From a virus (lineage: Duplodnaviria > Caudoviricetes): a stretch of 35,736 bases of DNA. The stretch lies in IMG/VR virus record IMGVR_UViG_3300025610_000072, positions 1-35,736 of that record; one strand, given 5' to 3'. The notes under the pieces were generated by a model. The model was not told the origin of the DNA and ran no database searches. It worked only from the letters and a program-made list of their open reading frames with translations. This document shows positions 8,971 to 18,853 of the stretch, in pieces; within the stretch, counting starts at the first letter, position 1; every line of letters begins with the position of its first letter. The position numbers and the translations under genes are program-made.

Positions 8971-9899
8971 TAAACTTTACACGACAACAGCCGCAACAAC
9001 GACTTGGAGATGCTAATGAGGCTCACTTGTATGCACTTGCACAACAAGGAAATGGAGGGCTATCTCACGCCGCTTTGATGGAACAAGCAACAGCGCAACA
9101 ACAAATGCAAAATGTAGCGCAACAAAATAATTTACAAGTTCCAAAAGTAAACTTTTATCCTTCTCGCCACCCCGACCCTCACAAGGCTCGTCGTAAAGAC
9201 ATTAAGCAGGCATATAACTTGCTCATGCCTTCTAAAAGAAGCATTTTTAATCCCGTTAGAACTATTTTTGGTCGTAAATACAGATATGATAAACAAACGC
9301 ATGTTTGTGTGGTGGATGGGTGTGATTGTGCACTGCTCATACAATATGATAATCTTTATGCAAAAATTACTGACGAAGATACAGGAAAAAGTCTTTGGGA
9401 GGTATATTGGCAAAATCCAGTTACAGGGGAAGCAGAAGCGTTTATTGCAAAAGATAAAGTTACTAATGGTCGTAAAATGCGTGGCACTTACTGTCCCGAA
9501 CACCTTCATTTGTACCATTTGCTGTGCAAGTGGGAGGCTGAAGAAGACAAAGTGCGTGAAAACAATCCAAGCCGCCTTCGTGACCATGTGAAGCGTGGTG
9601 TAAGCGTGGTGACTGTTCCTGTGGCCAGCATTGCTAAGAAAGACCCAACGCCACCTATGCTTGAAAAATACGAACCTTTCTTTGATGAATTGATGCGAGA
9701 TTCAAAAAAGACAAACGGAATAAGTCTTGTACATTACAAAAATCCTATTTCACAGCGGAATGATGTCACAATGGTAATTTTTGACCTTCGTATATTTGAA
9801 CATGAATTGGCTATGATAAATCAACCAACGCAAGCATTTCAAAATATGATGGGTCATCAAAACCCTATTGAACAAGAAACACTTGGGGGTAACGAGTGA
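8967..9899 (+). CDS. Hypothetical protein, Gln-rich N-terminus, possible Zn site (CVVDGC...YCPEH)
   Basis: 310-aa ORF with GAAGGTGA RBS and ATGA overlap with the upstream gene. Confidence 0.8.
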   Translation: MINFTRQQPQQRLGDANEAHLYALAQQGNGGLSHAALMEQATAQQQMQNVAQQNNLQVPKVNFYPSRHPDPHKARRKDIKQAYNLLMPSKRSIFNPVRTIFGRKYRYDKQTHVCVVDGCDCALLIQYDNLYAKITDEDTGKSLWEVYWQNPVTGEAEAFIAKDKVTNGRKMRGTYCPEHLHLYHLLCKWEAEEDKVRENNPSRLRDHVKRGVSVVTVPVASIAKKDPTPPMLEKYEPFFDELMRDSKKTNGISLVHYKNPISQRNDVTMVIFDLRIFEHELAMINQPTQAFQNMMGHQNPIEQETLGGNE

Positions 9900-9900
9900 C

Positions 9901-10533
9901 ATGTTGGGACTTGGCGGAAATAATCAAGCACCGATGAATACCGGTGCTTTAAATTTGGGTGTACAAAATCAACAACCATCAATGCAACAAGGATGGGGTG
10001 CTTCTCAACAATCACCGTTTGGACAAGTTGCACAAAATCCATTTATGCAGGGTATGACAGGCGGTGCATCAGCACAGTGGGGTCAACAACCAATAGCCCC
10101 TCCAAGTGAAATAGAAATGCAAATTATGTTACTTCGTGGAATTGTACCTGTAGATAGGTTCATTGCCAGTCAACAAATGGCAACACTGATTCAAATGTTT
10201 AACAATCTTGTCAGTTTTAGTGTGCTTGAGGTCATGAAAAATGCCGTATTCGTAGAAGACGGAGATGGTAACCTCAAAATGGACATTACTCAATTACCAC
10301 CTCATCTACAAACAATGAGTGCAGAAAACATCAAAGCCGAATTTAACACACTACAAAGCAACGCACAGCAGAATATCACTGCGGCTGAAGGAGGGCAACA
10401 ACAAATCGCCTCTTTCTCTCAGCAAAATATGATGAGTGGTGCACTTTCAGCGGCATTGGCTGATGAAGGGATGATGGAAAAAATGGGTAGCGGCGTAGGT
10501 AGCGTTGCACGAGGACTAATGGGGATGAGATGA
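9901..10533 (+). CDS. Hypothetical Gln/Gly/Met-rich protein
   Basis: ATG 9901 is in frame with ORF 9868-10533 and follows the upstream stop directly. Confidence 0.75.
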   Translation: MLGLGGNNQAPMNTGALNLGVQNQQPSMQQGWGASQQSPFGQVAQNPFMQGMTGGASAQWGQQPIAPPSEIEMQIMLLRGIVPVDRFIASQQMATLIQMFNNLVSFSVLEVMKNAVFVEDGDGNLKMDITQLPPHLQTMSAENIKAEFNTLQSNAQQNITAAEGGQQQIASFSQQNMMSGALSAALADEGMMEKMGSGVGSVARGLMGMR

Positions 10534-10781
10534 TGGAAAAAGGAACACAAATGCTTAGCCAGTCTTTTGCGGCTACAACTCTTGAGGTATTGAATCCGAA
10601 TCGCAGTGTTATTGTGGACATGATAATGGTGCAGATACTTGCCGCCATCATTACACTTTCGGCTCTCTTACTTCTCAAAGGAAATAGCCTTGGCTCACAA
10701 AACGCTTCTTACATTCTTGTTGCGTTGTTTGGAAGCGTGTTGTTTTTGAGTGCAGTTTACTCACGAATCACGAGAGGCTGA
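10530..10781 (+). CDS. Small 2-TM membrane protein
   Basis: Two long hydrophobic helices and an ATGA overlap. Confidence 0.75.
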   Translation: MMEKGTQMLSQSFAATTLEVLNPNRSVIVDMIMVQILAAIITLSALLLLKGNSLGSQNASYILVALFGSVLFLSAVYSRITRG

Positions 10782-11033
10782 CGGCCACTTATTTATCGGG
10801 CATTCCGAACTTAGCAAAGCAATTTTTGTTTTGATAAAACATCCACATTGAGTGCAACGATTTTCCTTTCTAAAAGGACATGAGTGACATATACGCCTTC
10901 GCTCATCTTTCAAAATTTCGGGAGCGTGCCTACCCATAGTCACATCCTTAACTGCGTTAGTAAGGCTACGAATAGTCGCTATATCCAACGGTACCTTTGC
11001 TATTCTTGGTCGCCTTCGCAAACTTCCCACCAT
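10761..11033 (-). CDS. Small Cys-rich protein (DUF6171-like)
   Basis: RRRICHSCP...RCTQCGCFIKTK......CPINKW pattern. The family name is from recall. Confidence 0.7.
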   Translation of the reverse strand: MVGSLRRRPRIAKVPLDIATIRSLTNAVKDVTMGRHAPEILKDERRRICHSCPFRKENRCTQCGCFIKTKIALLSSECPINKWPSASRDS

Positions 11034-11053
11034 GTTTGTTTAATTCGGAATTG

Positions 11054-11061
11054 TTTTTAAG
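11054..11061. promoter_or_regulatory. Putative bidirectional TATA box (TTTTTAAG)
   Basis: About 24 nt from both divergent ATGs (11033 on -, 11082 on +). Confidence 0.5.
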
Positions 11062-11081
11062 TTGTGCTTCTTAACAGCGTC

Positions 11082-11756
11082 ATGGCGGGGGAGCGGGTAA
11101 CCAAGCGTTCTTGCTCGTTTTGTATTTCGGAAGACCGTGATTCCTTGGAAGAACAAATGCTTCAAGGATTCATATCAGCCCGTCAACTGGACAAGGATAT
11201 GGGTTGGCGTACCAATACTGCTGACCGTCATTATCGCAATCATATGGGGGAATATCATATGGCTTCTAACACCAGTTGCGCTTTGTGCACTACACCAGTT
11301 CGTAGCGATTATGAGCGTGCTTACTTTGAGGATGGAAGTGTGAGTGAACAAATCGCTCAAGAACTTGGTATATCGGAAGACAATGTGTATCATCACATGA
11401 AACATCACTTCCAACCACTTGTACAGAAATCAGCGGCTATTGAAGTGGCTTTGGTGGCGGGGCAAGAAATCAATCTTCTTCGCTCAAATGCTGAGAAATT
11501 AAATCATAAACTCAGTGAACTACTTGATGAGGGTACAGTACACGAAGACGGATTTGTACGAGATGCGGTAAGTTTGCACAAGGAAGTGCGTGAAACCGTC
11601 AAAGACCTTCTCCGTTTCCAAGACCAGTGGGGGGCGCAAAGCGATGGTCAACAGGTCAATCAAACATTCAACATTCTGCAAGTGGAATTAGGTAAGGAAA
11701 GCCCCGAAACTTGGATGAGGATTAAGAAGCAACTTCAAGAAAATGCGGGGGTCTAA
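11082..11756 (+). CDS. Tandem CxxC...HTH...HxxxH protein; candidate terminase small subunit or DNA-binding protein
   Basis: CSFC...HYRNH and CALC...IAQELGISEDNVYHHMKHH, then a coiled coil. It heads the operon leading to the terminase. Confidence 0.55.
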   Translation: MAGERVTKRSCSFCISEDRDSLEEQMLQGFISARQLDKDMGWRTNTADRHYRNHMGEYHMASNTSCALCTTPVRSDYERAYFEDGSVSEQIAQELGISEDNVYHHMKHHFQPLVQKSAAIEVALVAGQEINLLRSNAEKLNHKLSELLDEGTVHEDGFVRDAVSLHKEVRETVKDLLRFQDQWGAQSDGQQVNQTFNILQVELGKESPETWMRIKKQLQENAGV

Positions 11757-11758
11757 TC

Positions 11759-13030
11759 ATGCCTATGGGTCGTGGTTCCGATACTCGCATGTATGGTCCT
11801 CGTAGTGAGTCGGACAAAATGTATTCCTCAGCAAATGAGGATGAAACAAAATACAATCCTGCCGACCCCGAATACAACGAGCAAAAGCGTGAAGAAAAGA
11901 AGCGCAAAATTGAGGAAAAGAAGGCCAAGCGTGCAAAAATTAAGCACATCAAAATCAGTGCTAAGGAAGGGCTAAGTGGAGAAGAATCTCCTACACCTCT
12001 TGATGACGGTAACAAGCGTGATGATGAGCGTGAGTTGAGCCTTCAAGGTGGCCCTGCTGGAAGTCGGGGTACACTTCTTGACCTCGCTACTGGGGCAAAG
12101 AGTGGAACAGGCTCAGCCATGAGTCCCGGCCTTCCAATCGCTATGAGCGAGCCAATGAAGGATGCTTGGAGTACGCTACTTAAGCGTGAAACCCCACGGT
12201 CAATTTCGGGGCGACGGCGGCGTGAGGCACGCCAACAGTTTCGTCCATCCACTGGTCAATTCAAAACACCACCCGGTGGTATGAGCGGTGGGGCTGGTGC
12301 TACGATGCGCCGTTTCAAAGCACAGATGCGTGGTATCAAAAGTGGTAAAAAAACAGGGCTGATGAAGCCTCACCTGTCGGTTGAGATGAGCCACCGTGGT
12401 ATTCAAACCAAGCAACCGCTATCCAAAGACCCGCAAAAGTACACGCAGTATAAAGGACAATCTGAGGCTCGCAAAATCTTAGGTGGCGCACGCACTACAT
12501 TCTCACCACACGCACGATACGGTGCCCGCTCCAACTATGCTGGTCCTACAGGTGGAGGACGACTTAGTGGTTTAATGGCTGGTCAAAGTGGACAAATGGC
12601 CCGTCCTGCTCTTCGTCGTATGCGCCGACCTCGTATGCCTCGTATGCCTCGTATGAGCGCACCACGACCACCTACTCCGCCTATGATGCCACAAATGCAA
12701 TCCAGTGTACCCAGTATGCCTGCCCCGTCATCTACAATGATGATGAGTGAAGAGCGATACCGTAGTGAAATTCTCAAAGCACGCAACAGCCTTCATCGTA
12801 TTGAGTTGCTTAATCTCATGCGACGGCTTATTCAAGCCAAAGAGCGTGAAGCCAAAATTAAGAAAAATTTAACGGCCACTGATGCCGCAGATTTACCCGG
12901 ACATCCTGTGGGAGTTAAGCCGAGTGATGATGAAGACCCCGATGGACCTACAGAAAATCTTGAAACAGATGCTAAAACATTTGGACTTGACCCCGCAGGG
13001 GCAATCATAGGTCGTGGTGGTAGCAGATGA
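11759..13030 (+). CDS. Basic low-complexity protein with internal SEPMKDAWSTLLK tag
   Basis: 423 aa. The tag at 12146-12184 is followed by a strongly Arg/Lys-rich segment. Confidence 0.8.
   Translation: MPMGRGSDTRMYGPRSESDKMYSSANEDETKYNPADPEYNEQKREEKKRKIEEKKAKRAKIKHIKISAKEGLSGEESPTPLDDGNKRDDERELSLQGGPAGSRGTLLDLATGAKSGTGSAMSPGLPIAMSEPMKDAWSTLLKRETPRSISGRRRREARQQFRPSTGQFKTPPGGMSGGAGATMRRFKAQMRGIKSGKKTGLMKPHLSVEMSHRGIQTKQPLSKDPQKYTQYKGQSEARKILGGARTTFSPHARYGARSNYAGPTGGGRLSGLMAGQSGQMARPALRRMRRPRMPRMPRMSAPRPPTPPMMPQMQSSVPSMPAPSSTMMMSEERYRSEILKARNSLHRIELLNLMRRLIQAKEREAKIKKNLTATDAADLPGHPVGVKPSDDEDPDGPTENLETDAKTFGLDPAGAIIGRGGSR
12629..12655 (+). repeat. Tandem repeat (CCTCGTATG)x3 encoding PRM
   Basis: Read directly from the sequence. 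Confidence 0.9.
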
Positions 13031-14979
13031 TTCGTGTTGGCCGTCCTCTCAAGAAGGCATGGAGCCTTGTAGGGCACGGGCCAGCAGGGGCGCAGATTTT
13101 CCGCAACCCACCACCACAGGCTTTCCGCCCCGAAGGAGAGGATGACCTCCCTGCACACGCTCACGATGGTGTAGGCAACCTTCTTCCCGGCCAGTGGGTG
13201 GAGGGTGTTCATGGTCAAAAAACATATCAAACAGATTATGGTGGTTTTCACCACCCTATTGATGCGGTAGCACACAAACTTGGTGATTTCCTCCGTGCAA
13301 GAGGATTTAACATTCCGCCCTCCGAAGTCATTAACGCCGCCATCAATGAGTTCAATGACACGCATTCGCACGGCGATGCACACGAATTGGGAGACTTTGA
13401 CTCTCCCGAATGGCGCAAAATTAGGGCTTCGGATATGCCCGGAGGGGATATAACACGAAAGCGTAACACTATGCCTACTCGTACTCAAGGTGGTACCAAA
13501 ATCACCATGCTTACCAACAGAAATCAAAACGAAACCCCTGTTGGAAAATTCGTTGAAGGTGGCTACATTCCGTTTCACCGTAATATAACTCACCAATTGG
13601 AAGACATGGGTATTCCATCACAAGAAATACGACAAGGATTAAAGATTCTTGACTATCCTTGGTTACAACCTCATCATCTTGTACCGAATAGATACCTTGT
13701 GTCACATCAAAAGCAACACGGTGCTGATATTGACGAGGCTATGATGGGGCGTGCCCCCGAAGGATATTTTGGTGACACAGAGGCTGTTCACACATGGGAA
13801 GTTTTGCATCACCTCCCCGATGCTTTCTTTTACCCCAATGTAAAAGAAAACTTGCAAAAGAAAGGTAAGCAACCCACAGGGTTGTACAATGCCGCTCATT
13901 CCATGATTGACAAAGCCTTGCAACAGGGGATTGAACATATTCCCAATGTCAATGTCACCATCAACACCAACACACTTGGTAGTCCACAAATGATTAACCG
14001 ACCGCTCCACGAAATACTTCAAACGCCCGATTTGCGAGAGGCTTTGGTCAAAGACATGGCACATGTGCCCGCTATGATGTTCCTGTTTGGTCGTAGTGGA
14101 CAAGGTGACTTCAAGCGATTGTACGACCACATGATGGAAAAGTATGGTGCATCCGAAGACATGCTTTCAGCGAGTGAGCAAGCCAAGTACCTTTCAGCGG
14201 GTGCAAAAGGTGGAAAGGGAATGCACGAATCAGCCAAGCGTATGTTTGCTCTTGCTCGTGCTTCGGGTGAAGGAAGTGAAGAAGGTCGTAGCCGATTTGG
14301 TGAGCATCCTATTTCTGCTGACGAATTACAAGCAATGGGTATGTATCACAGTGACAATCTTATGAATCAAGTGGACAGGTTTCGTGGTGTTCTTGAGGCA
14401 TTGGCCGACCATCAAGCCAGTGCACAGGGGCATCAAGTCAAGCGAGGTATTGGTGACATCCCTACCACCGCCCGTCCGGGTATGTCCATTGGTGGCTATC
14501 CCGAATTAAATGCTGAAACGGGGGAATACTCTATGCCTCCTCTTGACCCTCACATGGATGCGTATTTCCATCAAGTTCATGATTTTGCACCAACGGAGGC
14601 GTTTGACCCCTCCCTTACACAGTCGCCCGAATCGCAGGTTCTTTCTTCACCTGTTCCACCCGCACCATCTCCGGCGGGCACTTCTCCGGCTCCAAGTTCG
14701 GTTCGGGCGGCACCTTCCTACCCTCACACTGCAAGACAGCAGTTCCAGCAGATGCGACCACAAGTAGGACAACTTGACCCCGTGCAGTTCCGACAACTGC
14801 TTGAACAATCGGGCCGTCGCAGACCTATGCCGATGAGTGGTGCCCCTCTCTCACCCTACGAGGAAAGAATGCAAGGTGCCCTTGCAGACCCTCAACAACA
14901 ATTCTTGAGTGATTATTTCAAATCAAGCGATTCTGTAATGGATGAAGTAATGCGTATAGTCAAAGGTGGACGACGATGA
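13027..14979 (+). CDS. Hypothetical His-rich protein, probably virion-associated
   Basis: 650 aa with ATGA overlaps at both ends. C-terminal SSDSVMDEVMRIVK is a weak tag copy. Confidence 0.8.
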   Translation: MIRVGRPLKKAWSLVGHGPAGAQIFRNPPPQAFRPEGEDDLPAHAHDGVGNLLPGQWVEGVHGQKTYQTDYGGFHHPIDAVAHKLGDFLRARGFNIPPSEVINAAINEFNDTHSHGDAHELGDFDSPEWRKIRASDMPGGDITRKRNTMPTRTQGGTKITMLTNRNQNETPVGKFVEGGYIPFHRNITHQLEDMGIPSQEIRQGLKILDYPWLQPHHLVPNRYLVSHQKQHGADIDEAMMGRAPEGYFGDTEAVHTWEVLHHLPDAFFYPNVKENLQKKGKQPTGLYNAAHSMIDKALQQGIEHIPNVNVTINTNTLGSPQMINRPLHEILQTPDLREALVKDMAHVPAMMFLFGRSGQGDFKRLYDHMMEKYGASEDMLSASEQAKYLSAGAKGGKGMHESAKRMFALARASGEGSEEGRSRFGEHPISADELQAMGMYHSDNLMNQVDRFRGVLEALADHQASAQGHQVKRGIGDIPTTARPGMSIGGYPELNAETGEYSMPPLDPHMDAYFHQVHDFAPTEAFDPSLTQSPESQVLSSPVPPAPSPAGTSPAPSSVRAAPSYPHTARQQFQQMRPQVGQLDPVQFRQLLEQSGRRRPMPMSGAPLSPYEERMQGALADPQQQFLSDYFKSSDSVMDEVMRIVKGGRR

Positions 14980-15971
14980 GCAAGAAAGTATTGATTCGCA
15001 AGCAAATGGGTGGTGTCACTCAACAGGTAATGGTTGACCAATCAAAACCCCGAACAGATGCAAGAAGCGATTTAGCCACTCTTCGTGGCGGTGCTTACGG
15101 TCTTAATCCCGATACCGGAAGACAAGGTTTCATTCCCGGCGCACAACTTCCCGGTGCCGCACCTACAAGAATGCAAAGATTGGGTGCAGGTGCTAACCTT
15201 GCTGGTCGTGGACTCGCCGCCGCTTTGACGGGTCTTCAAACAGCATATGGCCTACAGGGAGGCAATGTTGGTGCGTTAGGTTCTGTGAAAGACCAATACC
15301 GTGCAAATGTTGGTGGCTTAACTGGTGGTAGTCCTTCCGAGGCTCAACAAGGACAAAATATGGCCATGGACGAGTTAGCCCGACAAAATGCTGAAGCGGC
15401 TAAAAACGCTATGATGCAACAGGTGAATCCAGCACCTACTAATCAAAGTGGCCCTACAGGAACCCCACTACCGGGTCAAACACAAAGTACACCACTTGGT
15501 CAACTACCACCAGCGGGCATACCACCAGCACCTCCCGTTCCTGCGGCACCAGCGGCACAACAAACAACATCAGTTGACCCAGTGCCTCCAATGGCGCAAG
15601 CATTGGGCGCATTACCGGGTATCGGAGTGCAACCAACTGGGCCAGCACAACCAGTACAACCACTTCCAAACCCACAGGGATTCAATACGGCAGAAAGTGT
15701 ACCTGTGCAATCCACTCTTCCTCAAGGTCAATCGCCTCAACCCGAAGAAGTTGTTCCTCAAGGGCAACCTTACGCTGGATACCCAGTGAGTATGATGAAC
15801 AATAACAGACCACTCAATCAACAAGATTACTTTAAATTTCTACAAGGACAACAAAATAAATCATTCGTACAAGCGATATATGATGAAATGGGAGATGCGC
15901 TATACAAAACCGACCCTCATGTAGCCGGTTTGATTATTTCCCGTATATACATGGATAAATTCGTAAGGTGA
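14976..15971 (+). CDS. Hypothetical Pro/Gln/Gly-rich protein with MSKKVLIRK N-terminal tag
   Basis: 331 aa, coupled to both neighbours. Confidence 0.8.
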   Translation: MSKKVLIRKQMGGVTQQVMVDQSKPRTDARSDLATLRGGAYGLNPDTGRQGFIPGAQLPGAAPTRMQRLGAGANLAGRGLAAALTGLQTAYGLQGGNVGALGSVKDQYRANVGGLTGGSPSEAQQGQNMAMDELARQNAEAAKNAMMQQVNPAPTNQSGPTGTPLPGQTQSTPLGQLPPAGIPPAPPVPAAPAAQQTTSVDPVPPMAQALGALPGIGVQPTGPAQPVQPLPNPQGFNTAESVPVQSTLPQGQSPQPEEVVPQGQPYAGYPVSMMNNNRPLNQQDYFKFLQGQQNKSFVQAIYDEMGDALYKTDPHVAGLIISRIYMDKFVR

Positions 15972-15975
15972 TACC

Positions 15976-17466
15976 ATGAGCGACATGGATGAGTTTATTC
16001 ACGACATGGACAGAAAGATGTCTGCAAAGTCGTTTGAATACTTCTTCACCGAAATTTTGGGCTTTGATTACTCCGGCCACCACAAGTCGTGGGATGAAGG
16101 ACTGGCTGAAAACCGATATTACTGCGTGAAAGCGAGTCGTGACCACGGTAAGTCTGTATTCTTCATGTCATACGCTCTATGGCTCGCTACTTTCAACCCC
16201 GGAAACCACATCATGATTTTTTCTCACTCTCTTGAACAGACGCTTGAACACATGCGATTTATCCGTCAAAACATTGAGAACACACCTTCAATTCGCTATC
16301 TTATCCCCGAAGGCCGTCCGTGGCGAAAAACCTACTTTGAGTTCAGTAACGGTAGCCGTATCATGGCTAAGTCGGTTGGTGGTGGTACTCGTGGTTTCCA
16401 CCCGAATGTTGTACTGTGTGACGATATTTTGTGGGGTACGACGGGTACTGAACTACAGCGTGCCGCAGACTGGTTCTACGGTGTTCTGCTCCCTGTTCTT
16501 CACCACACGGGTCGCCTTATGATGGTGGGTACACCGTTTTCGTACAATGACTTGTACTCTCAGTTGGAGCAGACTGAAACATTCCAAGTGGAAACATATC
16601 CCGCTATCAACAAAGAAGGCGAAGCCTTATGGCCGGAGCGATGGGATTTGGAGTCCCTTGACCAACGACGACTTACTATGCCTGCAATTCAATTTTCCCG
16701 TGAGTACCTTTGTGAGCCAATTCACGATGTAGCCAGTATGTTTCCTAATGACATACTGGAAAAGGCACGCAACAAAGACCTCGTTCTTCTTGACCGTGCT
16801 GATACTGAATACGATGCAGAAGGCGAACCAGCAGGAGTTTTCGGGCAACACTTTATTGGATGGGACACTGCTATTGCTTCGGATAAAAACGCTGACTTTA
16901 CCGCCATGACTGTTATGCGTATGATACCAAATGAAAATGTAAAGCAAATCGTCGGCATTGTTCACGAGCGTGGTATGTCGGGACTGGCGCAGAAGAATCA
17001 AATCATGATGCTCAACAACCGCTTCCAGCCCGACCTCATTGAGTTGGAAGGCAACAACTTCCAGCGTATGTTCCAAGCCGAACTGCTTGAGATGCGCCAA
17101 GACATTCCAATCAAGACTTTCATGACGACACGCACACGCAAAGAAAGCCTGTTCATGTCCCTCTTAATGGCTTTTGAGCAAGGGCAAATTCAAACTCCAT
17201 ACGGCGACAAGCGAAGCCGTGAGTTTACCCACAAGTTAGAAACTGAACTCAACCGCTTCGGTATGCAAAAGAATGGTCGCTTGGAAAGCGTGGGTACGCA
17301 CGACGACTTGGCCATGTCGCTGGCTTTGGCTAATTGGGCTACGAAGGAGTTCAAAGGCTCAGTTGTCCTGCTTGACGATGTGCTACCGGGCTTTGATGAG
17401 TGGATTCGTGGTAAACCACATCGCTCACGAGACAACAATCCTGCTGATGGGTGGATGATACCTTGA
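15976..17466 (+). CDS. terL: Terminase large subunit
   Basis: Walker A ASRDHGKS, Walker B VVLCDD, GTP coupling motif, and nuclease motifs IGWD, ELEGN and HDDLAMSLALA. Confidence 0.95.
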   Translation: MSDMDEFIHDMDRKMSAKSFEYFFTEILGFDYSGHHKSWDEGLAENRYYCVKASRDHGKSVFFMSYALWLATFNPGNHIMIFSHSLEQTLEHMRFIRQNIENTPSIRYLIPEGRPWRKTYFEFSNGSRIMAKSVGGGTRGFHPNVVLCDDILWGTTGTELQRAADWFYGVLLPVLHHTGRLMMVGTPFSYNDLYSQLEQTETFQVETYPAINKEGEALWPERWDLESLDQRRLTMPAIQFSREYLCEPIHDVASMFPNDILEKARNKDLVLLDRADTEYDAEGEPAGVFGQHFIGWDTAIASDKNADFTAMTVMRMIPNENVKQIVGIVHERGMSGLAQKNQIMMLNNRFQPDLIELEGNNFQRMFQAELLEMRQDIPIKTFMTTRTRKESLFMSLLMAFEQGQIQTPYGDKRSREFTHKLETELNRFGMQKNGRLESVGTHDDLAMSLALANWATKEFKGSVVLLDDVLPGFDEWIRGKPHRSRDNNPADGWMIP

Positions 17467-17494
17467 TGTATCCTTTTAATGACTGGGGTTTTTG

Positions 17495-17944
17495 ATGATG
17501 AAAAAAGCAATTGAAGAAGCGTGGAACTTTTTGAAAGCAAATCCATTTATGCGAGATAGAGAGGGTAAGACTATACCCCCTTCTGCGGCACTATACGCAA
17601 TCATGGGTCAAAAGATTATGCAAGAAGCAAGAAATCCCCCCGAAAGAGGAAACATGGGAAGAAGGGCATTGGAAGAAATGGCTCGTAATCAAGTCAATCA
17701 ACGAATGAAAACACCTTCAATGGCCGTGAATACTTACAAAAAACCCTATCCACCTCATTTTGTACCGCATCATGAAGGAAAACCGTATTATCCACCAGCG
17801 CAACAAGGTGATGAAAGGTTTCTGTACGGCGATGAAGAAGAAAAAGCACGCTTTTCAAATGTTCATGCTAACGAACAAGAATACAATTTGTTGAATGATT
17901 ATGACTACTACGAACCTTATATGCAAAGGCTTGAACAACGGTGA
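17495..17944 (+). CDS. Hypothetical protein with N-terminal AIEEAWNFLK tag
   Basis: About 149 aa with the tag at the N-terminus. Confidence 0.7.
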   Translation: MMKKAIEEAWNFLKANPFMRDREGKTIPPSAALYAIMGQKIMQEARNPPERGNMGRRALEEMARNQVNQRMKTPSMAVNTYKKPYPPHFVPHHEGKPYYPPAQQGDERFLYGDEEEKARFSNVHANEQEYNLLNDYDYYEPYMQRLEQR

Positions 17945-18141
17945 GTAAAATGAACAATTGTGAATGTGGTCATTGCGTTGGAATGGGAACTGCTTGGGAT
18001 GCTCTTGAAAAAAAATTGTGTCCCGAAGGAAAAGCCGCCGCTAAAAAGAAGTTCAAGGTGTATCCGTCTGCATATGCTAATGGTTGGGCTGTTCAATACT
18101 GCCGAGGTAAATTCCGAGGAAAGAAGGGGAAGAAAAAATGA
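17941..18141 (+). CDS. Small basic protein (KKKFKVYPSAYANGW; resembles the N-half of DUF5872-like viral proteins)
   Basis: Coupled overlaps at both ends, with tag-like MGTAWDALEKK. Confidence 0.7.
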   Translation: MSKMNNCECGHCVGMGTAWDALEKKLCPEGKAAAKKKFKVYPSAYANGWAVQYCRGKFRGKKGKKK

Positions 18142-18341
18142 TGGACTTTGATTATGTCATGGCTTTTCTTAAAGCAAAGCGTGATGCTCCTAACTACCGT
18201 GAGGCCACGGACAAGGAGATGAAGGCAAAGAAAAACTGTGGTACATGCAAAGCATGGGATTCAAAAACAGGGTACTGCAAGTGGTATGATTTTACCTGTA
18301 AGGCAGACCACATTTGTGATGCGTGGGTGAGGAAAGAATGA
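18138..18341 (+). CDS. Small HiPIP-like Cys-motif protein
   Basis: Y...NCGTC..W.....C...........C.AW resembles high-potential Fe-S protein Cys spacing. Confidence 0.6.
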   Translation: MMDFDYVMAFLKAKRDAPNYREATDKEMKAKKNCGTCKAWDSKTGYCKWYDFTCKADHICDAWVRKE

Positions 18342-18853
18342 CACCGATGGATGAAGCATGGCTTGTTCTCAAGTACGAGGGCGGATTTTTCACTCAACCA
18401 CCTGCCATGGAAATGGATGAAGAAAAAATTGCTAATTATGAAAAGGTGAGAGATGAGGGTGGCGATTATCCAGCCTTTTTTGGTGATGAGTATTCCAATG
18501 CCCTGTATCAGCAAGAAGAAATAGCCGCTCTCAACGAGGCAATACGCCAAGAATTACGACGACAAATGGATGCAAAAAGTGAATTCCACTTCTGGGAATT
18601 TGATAGTGGTTTTATGCCCGATGCAAGCCCCATGATGGCAATGCGCCAACACTATTTCCCCAAGGCCGGAAAGCCGATGGTGCCGACAGGTGCCAAAGGG
18701 ACTTTTGTGATGCGGCCTTACAGGGGTCCGGACGATTACAAGCCTGCCCTCCCTATTCGTGCCCCAGTGATTCGCTCAAGGTGGGACCCCGAATATAAAC
18801 TCAATATGAAAAACCGCTTTGACCCAGACGGGGGTAAGTTTATTGGAGAATGA
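18338..18853 (+). CDS. Hypothetical protein with N-terminal PMDEAWLVLK tag
   Basis: ATG 18338 overlaps the upstream stop (ATGA) and is in frame with ORF 18323-18853. Confidence 0.75.
   Translation: MTPMDEAWLVLKYEGGFFTQPPAMEMDEEKIANYEKVRDEGGDYPAFFGDEYSNALYQQEEIAALNEAIRQELRRQMDAKSEFHFWEFDSGFMPDASPMMAMRQHYFPKAGKPMVPTGAKGTFVMRPYRGPDDYKPALPIRAPVIRSRWDPEYKLNMKNRFDPDGGKFIGE

Noticed and set aside
12832-13596. 254-aa minus-strand ORF and the many other 60-175-aa overlapping ORFs
   Set aside because: They are antisense or alternate-frame shadows of long coupled genes, with no motifs or RBS.
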